The notes below the pieces were generated by a model. That model was not told the DNA's origin. It saw only the letters and a program-made list of their open reading frames with translations, and made no database searches. This document shows positions 13,426 to 27,252 of a stretch of 64,000 nucleotides of DNA, piece after piece; positions within the stretch are counted from its first letter, which is position 1; every line of letters begins with the position of its first letter. The stretch is from Eledone cirrhosa (lineage: Eukaryota): assembly GCA_964016885.1 (NCBI GenBank), contig OZ024740.1, positions 162,316,001-162,380,000 of the forward strand, given 5' to 3'. The position numbers and the translations under genes were made by a program.

Positions 13426-13619
13426 AAGGCGGCCATTCATCGCTCGTATACAGGAAACTGACTGGCCAGTCTGCTGATATGCAAATATGCAAATATGGCT
13501 GATCAGTGGATATGTTAATATGCAGATCTGACTGATCAGCCAGTCTGCTAATATGCAAATCAGGCCGATCAGTCATTGTATATTTTAAAAAATAGTATAT
13601 ATTTTCACTCGCTCTGACA

Positions 13620-13699
13620 GTTGGCAGGTGAACAGTGAGCTGTACTGATGAAGGGTGATACCCAGAAACATTAGTGTCTGCAGCTGTTTACATGCCAAC
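13620..13699 (+). ncRNA. Type I hammerhead ribozyme with extended stem I
   Basis: GTTGGCA.gTGAACAG..GCTGTA-CTGATGA-aGGGT-gat-ACCCa-GAAA-CA-ttag-TG-TC-TGCAGC-TGTTTA..TGCCAAC. All core nucleotides present, GUC cleavage triplet. Confidence 0.9.
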
Positions 13700-13825
13700 A
13701 CAAGAGCAAGAATGAAGAGGGATTCATTCTACTGACATGGCTTTAAAAATGAGGGTTGTTTACATAATTGCGAACGAATCGAATGTTATTAATATTCGAA
13801 AAACTCAGATTACATTTATTATATA

Positions 13826-14334
13826 CTAGCAGTAAAGCCCGGCGTTGCTCGGGGTCGCTCAGTAGCTGTGTTAAAGTTACAATGTTAAGTTTCTTTTTTG
13901 GCTTAAAAACTGTAGTGTCTATTGTGCAGACTTGCATGTGGTGTTTTTTATTAATATTCCCTCAACCAACAATATGCCTTATGAAGTTAAGAAAACATAA
14001 CGATAACCCGAATGTTATAACAAAAGAGGATGCTGGGGATAAAAACTGCACTGGTTATTTATTAACAAAGATCGAAAATGTAAACACTGCAACGCAGAGA
14101 AAAACAACGTAAGACGCTCAATGTAAACAGAACAAAGGGAAATAACTCGTCACTTACGCTCAAAAATCGATACATTAGATTCGATTTCGTCAATTTGAAA
14201 TATTTTTTTTCCGATGTCTTCGCTAGGGCTCAATGTACAAGTATAGCAATTTCGGTGCAATTCCGTCAGAGATTCTAAGAGGAGATGTGTGCCAAAAATC
14301 GATAGACAGACAACCACAGCTTTATATATATAGA
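13826..14334 (-). mobile_element. Non-autonomous Helitron
   Basis: Minus-strand 5' TCTATATATATAAAG. 3' hairpin CCCGAGCAACGCCGGG followed by CTAG. Inserted between A and T. Confidence 0.8.
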
Positions 14335-14347
14335 TATATATATATAT

Positions 14348-14540
14348 AACGAAGGAAATGTGGTAAGGAACCAGGTGGACCATAACGCACCAAAGTACTC
14401 AATACTTAGGGTAGTAGAGTGGGTAATAGGAACAAGTAAGACCCCGACGGCTGAGCTCAAGCCGTTTCGACGGCTAATTCAGTATAGAATTAGCCGTCGA
14501 AACGGCTTGAGCTCAGCCGTCGGGGTCTTACTTGTTCCTA
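14348..14540 (-). mobile_element. Short PLE-pLTR-like element with a fold-back 5' end; family copies at about 8713, 16035-16165, 41920-42086 and 48795-48985
   Basis: Palindrome at about 14426-14540, flanked by (TA)n, containing the 3' half of an HHR (GAAACGGCT..AGCCGTC). Confidence 0.65.
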
Positions 14541-14624
<84 letters not shown>

Positions 14625-14641
14625 TGTGTGTGTTTGTCTGT

Positions 14642-14694
<53 letters not shown>

Positions 14695-15832
14695 CGTGTC
14701 ATAACGTCTGTGAATCAATTTATTTTGACAAATGGTTGAGTACATATTAATGTTTGCATGTCTATATGTGTGTGTCTACATACTACAGACACAATATCTT
14801 GAATATTTACGTATTTTTGCAGTTCCATTATGTATGTATGTATTATCTATGTATGTATGTATTATGTATGTATGTATATGGGTATGTGTATGTATGTATG
14901 TATGTGTGTATGTGTGTATGTATTACGCCCGAATAAAACATATATTCTATTAACCATAGAAGCAAAATGATTGAATAGATATGATATGTTACCAATTCTG
15001 CTCTTAGGTTCAAATCTCACGTATATGTGTCGTATGGATCGGGAAAATATTCCATTTTATACACCTCATTTCACGTAGCTGTCATGGCTTGATATCAGTT
15101 TTCCCGGGCAATTATACTTATGATAAAATGGCGGAGGAAGTTTATCTTTCATCTGATAATGCCATGAAACCGAAACTAAGCACTGGATTTTAAGAACCTC
15201 TAAGGGTCATCGGAGACATATCAATATAGACGACGTTTTCTGAATAGAGTACACTGGAAACGATGTAATGCTGAAATTTAAATGCCTTGTGCTGTCAGGC
15301 GTTTTCAATCCTTTCACGACTCTGCTATTGCTGTTGTTAGGCCTAATGGAGCAAGCCTATGATCGAAGGCATTTCAACCGTGATTAAGCCGTCTTTGAAT
15401 TTCATTGACAGAGATTTCAGACTTTATACGAACATATAAAGTGTTTCTCATTTGAGAGAAATTATCAAAGGTAATCAAGTTATAAATGTATCATCGTCTA
15501 TTCACATCTTGTGTATCATCATTCTATAGTCAATTGAATGATAATGTATGTCTTCGTTCATTGATTAAGATAAGGTTGCCAATGAGATACACAAAGTGCA
15601 GTCGAAAATATTACAAGTCTTAAGTCGAAATAGCTATGGAGCCGACTAAGCCAAGACGCATATTCATGAGGAATAAAGGTTAACATATTTGGTTTGTAGG
15701 CAGGAATTTCAATAGATATGTACTTGATAATATGTCAATATTATCGACACTCCGAAACGATCGTAAAACAATGATATGAATAGGTAAAGTAACTTGACTT
15801 TGTTGTTTATATTTTTCATTGTTAATTTGATA

Positions 15833-15883
<51 letters not shown>

Positions 15884-15992
15884 ACGTTTAAATTTTGATG
15901 GTTTACCACTGGGTAAAAATGTGCATAGTATTTGCGGAAATAAATAATTAAGGAAATTCAACATATTTGGCCTTCTGTAATTTCACTTTATT

Positions 15993-16024
<32 letters not shown>

Positions 16025-16214
16025 TGAAAATATTCAGGACCCCGACGGCTGGGCTCCGGCCGTTTCAACTGCTAGATCCCACATATTACCCACTCTACTA
16101 TCCCAAGTATCGAGTACTCTGGTGCGTTATGGTCCACCAGGTATCTTACCACATCGTCTTTGTTATATATATAAATATATATATTGTAGCTAACGGATTG
16201 AAACTCTGCACCTG

Positions 16215-16570
16215 TTGCAGAAACCCATATGGTTTTTACTTCAATTTATTATTGTTGGTTAGTTTAACACCCGGATGGTTGTTTATTTGTTGATGGTCAG
16301 AGCTCTTTCGTCACACATTCTGTGACCTTCTCAGTTACTACCGTTGTTATTTTGGGTCTCTCCTTCTTCTATCCTACACTATCGCAAAACCAATATAGTG
16401 TAGGACAGAACAAAGGAGGGACACAAAATAACATATCAGTCACCGAGGAGGTCACAGAATGTATGACGAAAGAGTTTTGACAATCAACAAATAAATAACC
16501 ACCCGGTTATCAAATTAACTGACTGGGAGTTTATAATAAATTGAAGTGAAACCCAACAGGTACGGGTGTT
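16215..16570. repeat. Diverged inverted repeat with two degenerate HHR copies (16296-16338 minus, 16439-16481 plus)
   Basis: The consensus of the two arms reads GTCA-CTGAGGA-g-GTCAC..GTGAC-GAAA-GAGCTC-TGAC. Confidence 0.65.
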
Positions 16571-16677
16571 TTTATTGGCAACATGGCCCTCCCAAAGCAT
16601 AACAATATCCGTTTCAACATAGGTTTTCATATAAGGAATCTTGCAAAACAAATACAAAAACGAAATACATACATACA

Positions 16678-16774
<97 letters not shown>

Positions 16775-17039
16775 GGGGGGTGGTGGTATGTTTTGCGAGA
16801 TTCCTTATATGAAAACGTATGTTGAAACGGATATTGTTATATATATATATTACTGACCAAGTTAGGTGAGACAGAAGGTCGGTGATAGTGGCATATTATA
16901 GATGTCAGGTGTGTTTATTAAAGACAATTTGAACTTATTGACCGAGTCTAGTAGATGTATTTGCCTCTTCCCAGTTGACCTTCACTGATAACGTATGTCA
17001 TGTGCACTCCAAACACGATCCCCTGTCATTGCCACACAC

Positions 17040-17590
17040 CCACACCCTACCGCCACAACTACCAACACCCCCACCACCATCACCAACAACAACAACATCA
17101 TCAACAACATCAACAACAAAAACAACACGAACGCAACAACAACCCACACCATCATCACGACCATCACGACTACCACAACCACAACCACAATCACCACCAA
17201 TAAGACCACCACCACCACCACGGCTACCACAGCCACCACAATCCATCCATCACCACCACAATCCACCACCACCACCACTACCACCACCACCACCACCACC
17301 TCCACTTTCACCCCCCCCCCCACACAACCACCACCGCCACCAAAACCACCACCACAACCACCACCACCACCATTACTTGTACCACTATCCATCCATCACC
17401 ATCACCACCACCACTACCACCACAACTACCACAACTACCTCCACCACCACAACCACCACCACCACCACTATCACCACCACCACCACAACCATCACCACCA
17501 TCACCACCATTACTTGTACCACTATCCATCACCACCACCACAACTACCACAACCACCACAACCACCACTATCACACCACCACTACCTCGA
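17040..17590. repeat. (CAC/CAA)n low-complexity tract
   Basis: Degenerate trinucleotide repeat. Confidence 0.9.
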
Positions 17591-18009
17591 TTGACTTCCT
17601 CCAAACTCACCTTTTCTTGTTCTTGACACATACCTTTTATCAAATGTATTTCTACACTTTGCTACACTTTGCTACACTTTGCTACACTTTTACGTCCACC
17701 GTCGCCGCTCCTGCTCTGGCTCTCTTTGTTTAATACCTCTCTTTCTCTATATCCATCTCTCATTATTCCCCCCCCCCCACACACACATACACACATTTAT
17801 ATATATATATATATATATGTTTATCCCGGGTTCAATCGGGGGAAACCACAGTTAGTAAGGTACTCAATACATAGCAGAGTATAAATATTTGATATAGAAA
17901 TGGCTTCTACAGGACTAGAACTGTTTCATTCGGAAGAAATGTGTGTAGCGTTAACCTAATATATCCCTTCCATATACTGTACCGATTGTGTTGTTATTTC
18001 TGTTTACCT

Positions 18010-18090
<81 letters not shown>

Positions 18091-18111
18091 ATACATTTTT
18101 GGGACACCCTG

Positions 18112-18177
<66 letters not shown>

Positions 18178-18272
18178 CAGGGTGTCCCAAAAATGTATAC
18201 ACACTTTGATTACCTGTACAGGCAATATTTATTAGATTGCTGTTAAAGTGTGTATAGATGTTTTGGGGACAC
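18178..18272. mobile_element. Tc1/mariner-type MITE (TIR CAGGGTGTCCCAAAA); relatives at about 18090-18111, 26265-26350, 32835-32881, 41815-41864 and 42104-42173
   Basis: TIR-like ends next to TA dinucleotides. Confidence 0.65.
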
Positions 18273-19053
18273 ACTCATATTTATATATACACACGCACGT
18301 ATATAAGCGCACACGTATACATACATACACACACATACATACATGCATTTATGTATGTATGTATGTATGTCAGGTCACCAGTTGGTGCTACTGGTAACAT
18401 GTATCCCAGTATAACCCGTCTCATGGTTGAGTCGTTGGCGACTAAACTGGCAACCCCACCAAGGTTTCTTGGTGAGGAGGGTGACTTTGGACATCCTCCA
18501 GGACTAAAAACAAAACCTGTCAAAGGGTAAAGGAGCTCTTAAGATTCAATGGCCATCCAAAATCACCGGGAGAGATTACCCCTTAGCCTTTGTCAAGGCA
18601 GAATTCTAGGAGTAGGAAAACTCTGATATAACACCTGCAACCCTGATGGTATCCAATGATGTTGACTTGTTCTTCTTTTTGGTAAATATCATCTTGGTTA
18701 AGAGAGTGGGACTGGCTTTGTGCAGTGCCTTTGCTCACTATAAAAGCTTCATGACACAGGCATTGCTTTATATTTGGAGATCTCTCTGCACTTGTCGTCA
18801 CATGGTACCATGGGCCCAGCACTATGTGTCAATAATTGTCACAAGTGTAGTGTTTGTACCAGAGTTTTCAAGTCGCTGGCTGGACTAAAAAGTCGTTCAG
18901 CGCATCGGTAGAGGCGCTCCTACATGGATATAAAGTAGTGGCCGTACTCGAAAACGAGTTGGCAGCCACCATGTATGTATGTATGTATGTATGTATGTAT
19001 GTATGTATGTATGTATGTATGTATGTATGTATGTATGTGTATATTTATGGACT

Positions 19054-19409
19054 TGTAGCAGTAGCCTCCCTTGTTGTGACACACAACCCCAATAGATTAA
19101 CAACATCTAGACGGGAAGTAGAACCCTTTCTGTAACTTCCGGTCAGAACCCTATAAAACTAACAACTTTAAGTTCTCACTCTCTCATTTGCCCTTCCGGC
19201 GCCTGGCCTTCGCCAGGCGTCTTCTGCCAGCCTGCGTTTGCCTGGCAATCAAAACGGTAACTACTAACTTTGCTTCATTCTTTCGTTTATTCATTGACAT
19301 GTCAACTATACTGTTAAATCGTTGATTAAATATTATACACACAAACCATGTCTCCTTGTTACATTCATACAACCCAGTATCTTCGCTATATTGGTAACCC
19401 TGACGTGAT
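19054..19409 (+). mobile_element. LTR followed by a tRNA-Trp primer-binding site
   Basis: Termini TGTAGC...GCTATA (near GCTACA). TATAAAA at about 19152. TGGTAACCCTGACGTGAT at 19392-19409 matches the tRNA-Trp 3' complement TGGTGACCCCGACGTGAT at 16 of 18 positions. Confidence 0.7.
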
Positions 19410-20366
19410 ACCAACACGCAGCCGTTCATTGTTATAAGTGGTCACCCCGAAAAAAGAAAAGAATAGCAGAATCTGGTGTTGTGTGAGTAACATTACGAAT
19501 ACACAGCAAATTTATTGACAAACTATGAAAATACTCAGTCAAAGAAACGAACACACCACGCACATGTGAAATTCGCGTTCAGACAGACTTTTTCTCTCAC
19601 GCATCAACTAACTGTCGCATTTCACGATATATATATGTTTCTCGTTTCTTACAACGAACACTTTCAAAACAACAACAAAAAATAAGAAATTTGATATTTT
19701 TTAAAAAACATTTCAACAGGAACATTTATTTTCGATGAACCATTACCTTTTGTTTTCATCGTTTTCTTCATCGTTCAAGTTTTTTTGTTTTTTTTCCAAT
19801 GTTCACACCAATAATTATGCTAAGTGAAGCCTTTCTTTTTCATCATTGTCACTTTCACACTTGCACTATCATTTTCTCGCGCGGTAGAAATATTATTTTT
19901 TAAACCTAACTTAACCTTGTATTGGCACGTGTAGGCAGCACATATTCTCGACTCACAGAGATATCTCGACTCACAGAGATAGCCGCACGCCAGAGATAAC
20001 GTTTCTCGCCAAGGATTCTTCAGTCTTAAGCTATATTCTCGTATTTGCCGGTTTAAAAATTTACCACGTAAATTTGCCGTTGAAAACTGCGCATTTATTC
20101 AGAATGCTTATTTCTTTGGTCGCTGGCCTCTTGACCCTTCCAGGTCAACGCATAGAGAACAAGTGAGAAAAGGATATAGAAGATGGATCGACTCAGTACT
20201 GGACTGGCACTTTCTTTATCGACCTCGAAAGAATAAAAGGCAAAGGTTACCTCGGCAGGATTTGAACTAGAAGCACAGAGATCCGTAACGAATACTGCAA
20301 GATATTCTATGTGACGTTCTATCAACCAATTTGCCGCCTACACATACATACATGCGTGCATGCACG

Positions 20367-20602
20367 CAGTACCGTATTTAGGACAAGTGAGACCCTGTGC
20401 TTATTAAGTTATGAGACCCTGTGCTAGGTAAGTTATGAGACCCTGTGCTAGGTAAGTTATGTGGCCCTGTGTTGGTTAAGTTATGAAGCCTTGTGTTAGT
20501 CAAAGTCACCGTTAAATGTTTTTTTGGCAGGAGGATGGGCCCCCTTGGCCAACGGGGCCCTCTGCTTAAGCACACCTAAGCACAATGGTAAATCCAGCAT
20601 TG
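20367..20602. mobile_element. hAT-type MITE with 8-bp TSD
   Basis: TSD CATGCACG at 20359-20366 and 20603-20610. Imperfect TIR CAGTACCGTATTTA/TAAATCCAGCATTG. Internal 24-bp tandem repeats. Confidence 0.8.
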
Positions 20603-22134
20603 CATGCACGTAAGGATTCATGTATTATTTATGTATGCATTCATGAATGAAGGAATGAATGAATGAAGGAATGAATGAATGAATGAATGAATGAATGAAT
20701 GAATGAATGAATGAATGAATGAATGTATGTATGTATGGATGGATGGATGTATGGATGGATGGATGGATGGATGGATGTTTTTCACTTTTATTTTGTTCGG
20801 GCAACCGCAGTCCATTTCAGTGATATTCTGTTACATTTTATTGTCAGCCATACTTGTTTCTAATTTATACGAATGCATTCCATGTATAATATACATTCGA
20901 TTAGTAATGTTGAAATTAGAATTTAAATTGAATAATAGCAAACACATATATATATATTCTATTGCATGTACAAAAATTGAACATTGAATAGGGCCGCGGG
21001 TTAATAAATATTCGATTTCATTCAGGGCTACCCAATTAATACTTACACGTGTAGCCAAACAATATATGAAAATAAAAGCTCTACAACCACCTTAAAGCCA
21101 GCTACCCGCCTAAACAAATGAAAATATTAGAACAACTAGAATACACAGCCATAAACAATGAGATATAAATATTTTTTTGACATTTTGAGAGATGAAAGGA
21201 AGTCCAAGAATTTGTTACAACTATTAGAAGCGATCGGATTCGGTCACCTTCTCCAGTTTATCAGAGAGCGAAACGACGTCCACAGCAAATCGGTCTGACG
21301 ACCGATGCGACACTCCACCGTATCACCAGGAAATGTGTGGGTCAAATCCGAAGACCTCACCGGATTATTCGAACGGTAGCTGCGTGTGCAAAGGTGTTCT
21401 GCTCTAAAGGAAATTATTCGTTCACAGCTTTGGTTGCAGGTACCGATCCTTATCACGAGAGGAGGTCCAGAAGTTTCTTCAGTCAATATTTAACATCTAC
21501 AGAATCCGAACATGACCATTATCACGAAATATAAACAAATTCAAATTGTCAAAGGTTGTCTAGTCTGTCTTTCTCTAGCTGCAGCCACGAAATAGATAAG
21601 TAGATAAATAAATAAATTAAATAAATGCTGTATAGTAGCAATCGGAAATTCCAATTCTCTCATCAGACTCGTCCATAAGCTTTGATCCTCGGAGTTGGAA
21701 GTAGATGGAAGTAGATTCAGAACATTCTACCTGGCCACTCTAATTCACAATAATTCTGAGGTGGAGTTTTGGAATATATACCTCAGCGTATTTGTTTTTA
21801 AATCTGAGGGTGCACCATTTAAAAGTAGGGTTGCAAAGTCATTCTGTGTCCCTCTTCCGGTGACAAGCACGACTCTCTCACCATCTTTCCATTCTCTGAA
21901 GACTTATTTGATAAGTACACAGACATACTGAAAGGTTTTAGTTTTAATTCTCATAATAGCACCAAAGAGATCTAACTGCATTCTCTATAGATTTTGTTTT
22001 GACTGATGTTACAAAGGAAAATATGTTTTTGTATGAGTCACGACAAACTCATACGGCCATTTTTCACTTTGTAAATTCGACTCGTGTTGCCCTATTGAGC
22101 TTCGATGTGATACTTGAAATAATTATATGTATAT

Positions 22135-22209
<75 letters not shown>

Positions 22210-22719
22210 TGTGCGCGCGCGCGTGCGTGTGTGCGTGTGTGTGTACATGCGCGTGTGTGTGTGCATGCGCGTGTGTGTGTGTGTGTGTAGACATATATAC
22301 ATATATATATGCACGTGTGTGTAAATGCGTGTGGGTATGTGTGTGTATGCGTGTGTTTGTGTGCCTCTGTGTGTGTGTATGTCTGTGTATTTGTGGAATG
22401 AGAGCCCGTAGCTTAATTATTAGGATATTTGGCTGACGATCATATTCAAATCTTGATTCCCAGCGGAGCGATGTATCATTGAGCAAGGCACCGTATTTCA
22501 CATTGTTTCAATTCACTCAGCTGTAATTCAAAGGAGCAGTGTTGTCACACACTGTGCCATGATGGATTTCTCTGTGAACTACGTTAACAGGCTACGAGAC
22601 AGTAGAATACTCAGCCCCTTATTTGTACATTAATTTCACGAGCTGCCTATTTCCTTGTTCGAACAAATGGAACACTCGTCTTCGGAACCAACGCAAGGCA
22701 AGCACAAGGCATTATGAAG

Positions 22720-23220
22720 AGCGTGCAGGAGGCATACACCTATATTGCCTTTGCTAGGATTCGCACTGCATATGATGCAGCAACACGTAATTATGTAAGA
22801 CCTTATGAAGTGAGGTAGTCAACGCCCTAAAGTGCTTCTCTGCAATAGATTGAGAAGACAAGGAAATGTTGCAAGCTGGTGGGGAATAACATCTTTGAAA
22901 TGATCGAGGAAGATGTTAAACGACAAATAAAAGAAGTACCCAGAATTCCTTGAATACCTGAAAGACCTGGAAGAACTGCTGAAATTATCGGCAGAAGATG
23001 AGGAAGCTGAAAAGGACGAAACCCATACATCACCGTGGCACCTGAAAAGTGCGCAGCAGTTCTTCACCAGACAAATGATTTGGAGAATATGATTAAGGCG
23101 CATGGCACTTCGATGCAACGGAGTTTATGTATCACCCGTACAATTACAATGGGCCTAGATCCATACCAGTTATTTGACGAAGACGAGAGAGATAAAGCAA
23201 CTTCCTATTATGACTAAGAC
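22720..23220 (+). pseudogene. Probable pogo/Tigger transposase C-terminal remnant
   Basis: Frameshifted fragments LKDLEELLK..EDEEAE..SMQRSLCITRTI..LDPYQ..KQLPI resemble Tigger C-termini, recognised by eye only. Confidence 0.5.
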
Positions 23221-23280
23221 AGCGACTAAATGTGCGTATCAATATATCACAACTCGTGTGTTATACCTCTATTCTTTTAA

Positions 23281-23328
<48 letters not shown>

Positions 23329-23548
23329 TATTGCTTGTATATTTTATACACACATAAACACATACATATATATATATATGTTTGTATATTATATATATGT
23401 ATATATACATATGTATGTATGTGCACACACACACGCCATATATACCCATACACATGCAAACGCATATATAAATAAATAAATAAATATATGTATATATATA
23501 TATATATATATACATACATATATACATAGATATACATACGTACATACA

Positions 23549-23628
<80 letters not shown>

Positions 23629-23682
23629 GATATACATACGTACATACGAACACATATATATATATATATATATATGTATGCA

Positions 23683-23783
<101 letters not shown>

Positions 23784-23794
23784 TTATATATATG

Positions 23795-23842
<48 letters not shown>

Positions 23843-23845
23843 TGC

Positions 23846-23909
<64 letters not shown>

Positions 23910-24236
23910 ATCATTCCTTTCAAATGACATCTCCCTCTTCCTCAACGTATTACCTACCTATCAACTCCCACTCCTATCATCTATCTATCAATCTTGTTAA
24001 GTCTTTATCACTCGACCATCTTACTTATCCACCGTCATACCAACCCCATTTACCCAACACCCAACTTAGCCCCCGCCTTCCTACCTGTTTGCATACCTAG
24101 CAACCGACCTGCCAACGAACTTTTCCCTCCCTCTCCATCTCACTTTTTTTACGTAGATATAACATACGCACACATACATACGTACACCGCCTACATCCAC
24201 ACACTCCATATATAATATATATATGTACACACAACA

Positions 24237-24318
<82 letters not shown>

Positions 24319-24355
24319 TAAATATATATATGTTTATATATATATATATATATAT

Positions 24356-24406
<51 letters not shown>

Positions 24407-24409
24407 TAC

Positions 24410-24544
<135 letters not shown>

Positions 24545-25058
24545 GTATATAATATACATTCACATACTCACTCACAAATGTCACTTTGCCTCCTTGTATA
24601 TGTGAGTGTGTAGTTGAATGTTTGAGTGCGTGTATTAGTGTATGTATTTGTGTGACTTTTGTGTGTGTATGTTAGTTTCATGCTCCTGTACGTTTATGTG
24701 TACGTGTGTAAATTGACGTGGAATTTAGTTCACTTCAATTAAATATTAAAAACGAATTATTATTTTTATATTTCTAGTAAATTTTATTGTTCATTTTGTT
24801 CGACTTTATATATATATATATATATATGCGTGTGTGTGTATGTGTGTGTGTGTGTGAGGGGGGGGGGTGTACGTGTGTGCGTATATGTGCGTGTGTACGT
24901 GTGCATGTGTGTAAGCACGTGTTTGTGTATTATATACCTATGTATATGACGGTGCCCCAGCATGGCCTTAGTCTGTCGACTGGAACACGTAATAGAGTAA
25001 TATATATATATAATACCGCAAAGTATTCTATCCGACGTTCTAACGACACTTGCAATTC

Positions 25059-25379
25059 GTCGCCTATGGCGGGTAGGTTATAGTCGTCTATGGCGGGTAG
25101 GTTATAGTCGACTATGGCGGGTAGGTTATAGTCGCCTATGGCGGGTAGGTTATAGTCGACTATGGCGGGTAGGTTATAGTCGACTATGGCGGGTAGGTTA
25201 TAGTCGCCTATGGCGGGTAGGTTATAGTCGACTATGGCGGGTAGGTTATAGTCGCCTATGGCGGGTAGGTTATAGTCGACTATGGCGGGTAGGTTATAGT
25301 CGACTATGGCGGGTAGGTTATACTCGCCTATGGCGGGTAGGTTATAGTCGCCTATGGCGGGTAGGTTATAGTCGACTAT
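25059..25379. repeat. 24-bp minisatellite, about 13 copies
   Basis: Unit TATGGCGGGTAGGTTATAGTCG(A/C)C with no spacers. Confidence 0.95.
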
Positions 25380-25486
25380 AAGAACTCTAATACATGACTG
25401 GAATTTAATTTTATCAACCCCACGGCAATGAAAAGCACAGTCGACCGAGACAGGACTTGAATTCAATGCGCTAAAGGAAGTAACTA

Positions 25487-25654
25487 CCGAATTTCCCGGC
25501 GTCGAAGACGCTACTTTTTTCCTAAAACTAGTCTGAAAAATCTACCATGCGCCCTGGAGGCTGAAGGTTGTCTTTTACTTTTTCTCAAATTTTTGGTTGT
25601 CAAAATTAGGGTGCGTCCTCGAGGACGAAGCGTCTTCGGCGCCGGGAAATACGG
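25487..25654. mobile_element. Tc2/pogo-like MITE with TA TSD
   Basis: TA-CCGAATTTCCCGGCGTCGAAGACGCT...AGCGTCTTCGGCGCCGGGAAATACGG-TA. Confidence 0.8.
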
Positions 25655-26355
25655 TAGTTACAATGTGCAATTCGTTTATTAATCCACTCACCACTCTTCA
25701 TCACTCTTGATCATGGAATGGACCTCCGTCGATTTCGACAATGAGTGTTTCAGTTGTTCGATGAACGGAACAGCCTGATCATGAAATTAACGTGTAAATG
25801 GCTACACATTCAACAGGCATGAGTAACCTTACAGTAATTCTCAGGGAGATTCAGCGTGACCGTACATAGCAACGCTGGAGCTATGAATTACAGGCACTAT
25901 CAATCCAACAGACTTCTAAACTATCTCCACCTACCCAATCTCATTCACAAGGCATGGATCGACTCGAATTTATGGTAACTAAAACTTACTTGCTAAAGAT
26001 GCCAGCAGTGGTATCGAACTCAGGAAGTAGTGATTAATAGGAAAAACCAATAAAAGAATAACTGTTTACTCAAATATAACTTGTATGAATTATTATTCTC
26101 AGTGGCGAACAGATTTTCTGATTGTGAATTATGGTTAATAAAATACGTTAAGAGGAATAGTTCAACCATTGCATATTAGCTTTGATTGTTAGATTCCTTA
26201 GGTTGGTTCAAAATAGTAAGGATGAAGGTCTTATGAATTACGACACACTTATTTATGTGAAAGTACTAAAATGTATACACACTTCAACAGCATTCTAATA
26301 AATATTGCCTGAACACGTAATCAAAGTGTTGTATACATTTTTGGGACACCATTTT

Positions 26356-26382
<27 letters not shown>

Positions 26383-26386
<4 letters not shown>

Positions 26387-26560
26387 GATGAGATTCTACA
26401 GGACTAGAACTGTTTCATTCATTAGAAATCATCAGGAATGATTTCTAATGAATGAAACAGTTCTAGTCCTGTAGAATCTCATCTATATTAAAACTGTTAT
26501 ACTCTGCTATGTATTGAGTACCTTACTTACTGTGGTTACCTCCGATTCAACCCGGAATAA
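26383..26560. mobile_element. Fold-back pLTR-like element with a partial HHR (CTGATGA-tTTC..GAAt-GAAA, minus strand, core 26429-26435); relatives at about 8620-8670 and 17820-17940
   Basis: Palindrome at 26383-26487, flanked by (TA)n. Stem I could not be assigned. Confidence 0.6.
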
Positions 26561-26561
26561 C

Positions 26562-26628
<67 letters not shown>

Positions 26629-26682
26629 GATACATACGCACACACACACACACACAAACACATACACACACACATACACACT

Positions 26683-26723
<41 letters not shown>

Positions 26724-27146
26724 GCATGTATGTATTAGGGATTACTATATTCATATTGAACAGTGTGCAGATTTATAGGTGGTAAATGAAGTATTGGTTC
26801 AATGAACATACGAATGGTTCCTAGATGGAAAGATTGATGGTTACAATGACAGTAAAGGTTTGTTCAGTGAATAGAGGAACAGGTTAATAAATGGATGACT
26901 AGTTTAACAAATCAAAGATGTTAAGTGAAAAGACATCTCTTCAGTTTTGTCAAAAACTATAACCAAACTACTGAACCTTTGTTTCAGTATCTTTCTCCCT
27001 TCCTTCTCTTTCTTTCTTTCTTTCTGTTCTGTTTTTATTCTACTTCATTTGCTCGTCCAAGGAATTAGGCTGATGTATTTTAACTCGTTAAAATCTTCTT
27101 ATAGTGCACCGGTATATATCTATGAATATGAATGCATGTGCGCGCG

Positions 27147-27252
<106 letters not shown>

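Noticed and set aside
16975-17733. 252-aa Pro/Thr/His-rich ORF
   Set aside because: It is a translation of a (CAC)n low-complexity tract that is open in several frames.
21265-21340. GAAACGACGTC..CTGACGA as a hammerhead
   Set aside because: Stems I and II could not be paired in any permutation. It could be a heavily decayed PLE remnant, but I cannot support that.
21640-21670. Minus-strand CTGATGA followed by a hairpin
   Set aside because: No GAAA or NUH follows.
25059-25379. CRISPR-like regular repeat
   Set aside because: Units are head-to-tail with no unique spacers, there are no cas genes, and the context is eukaryotic.
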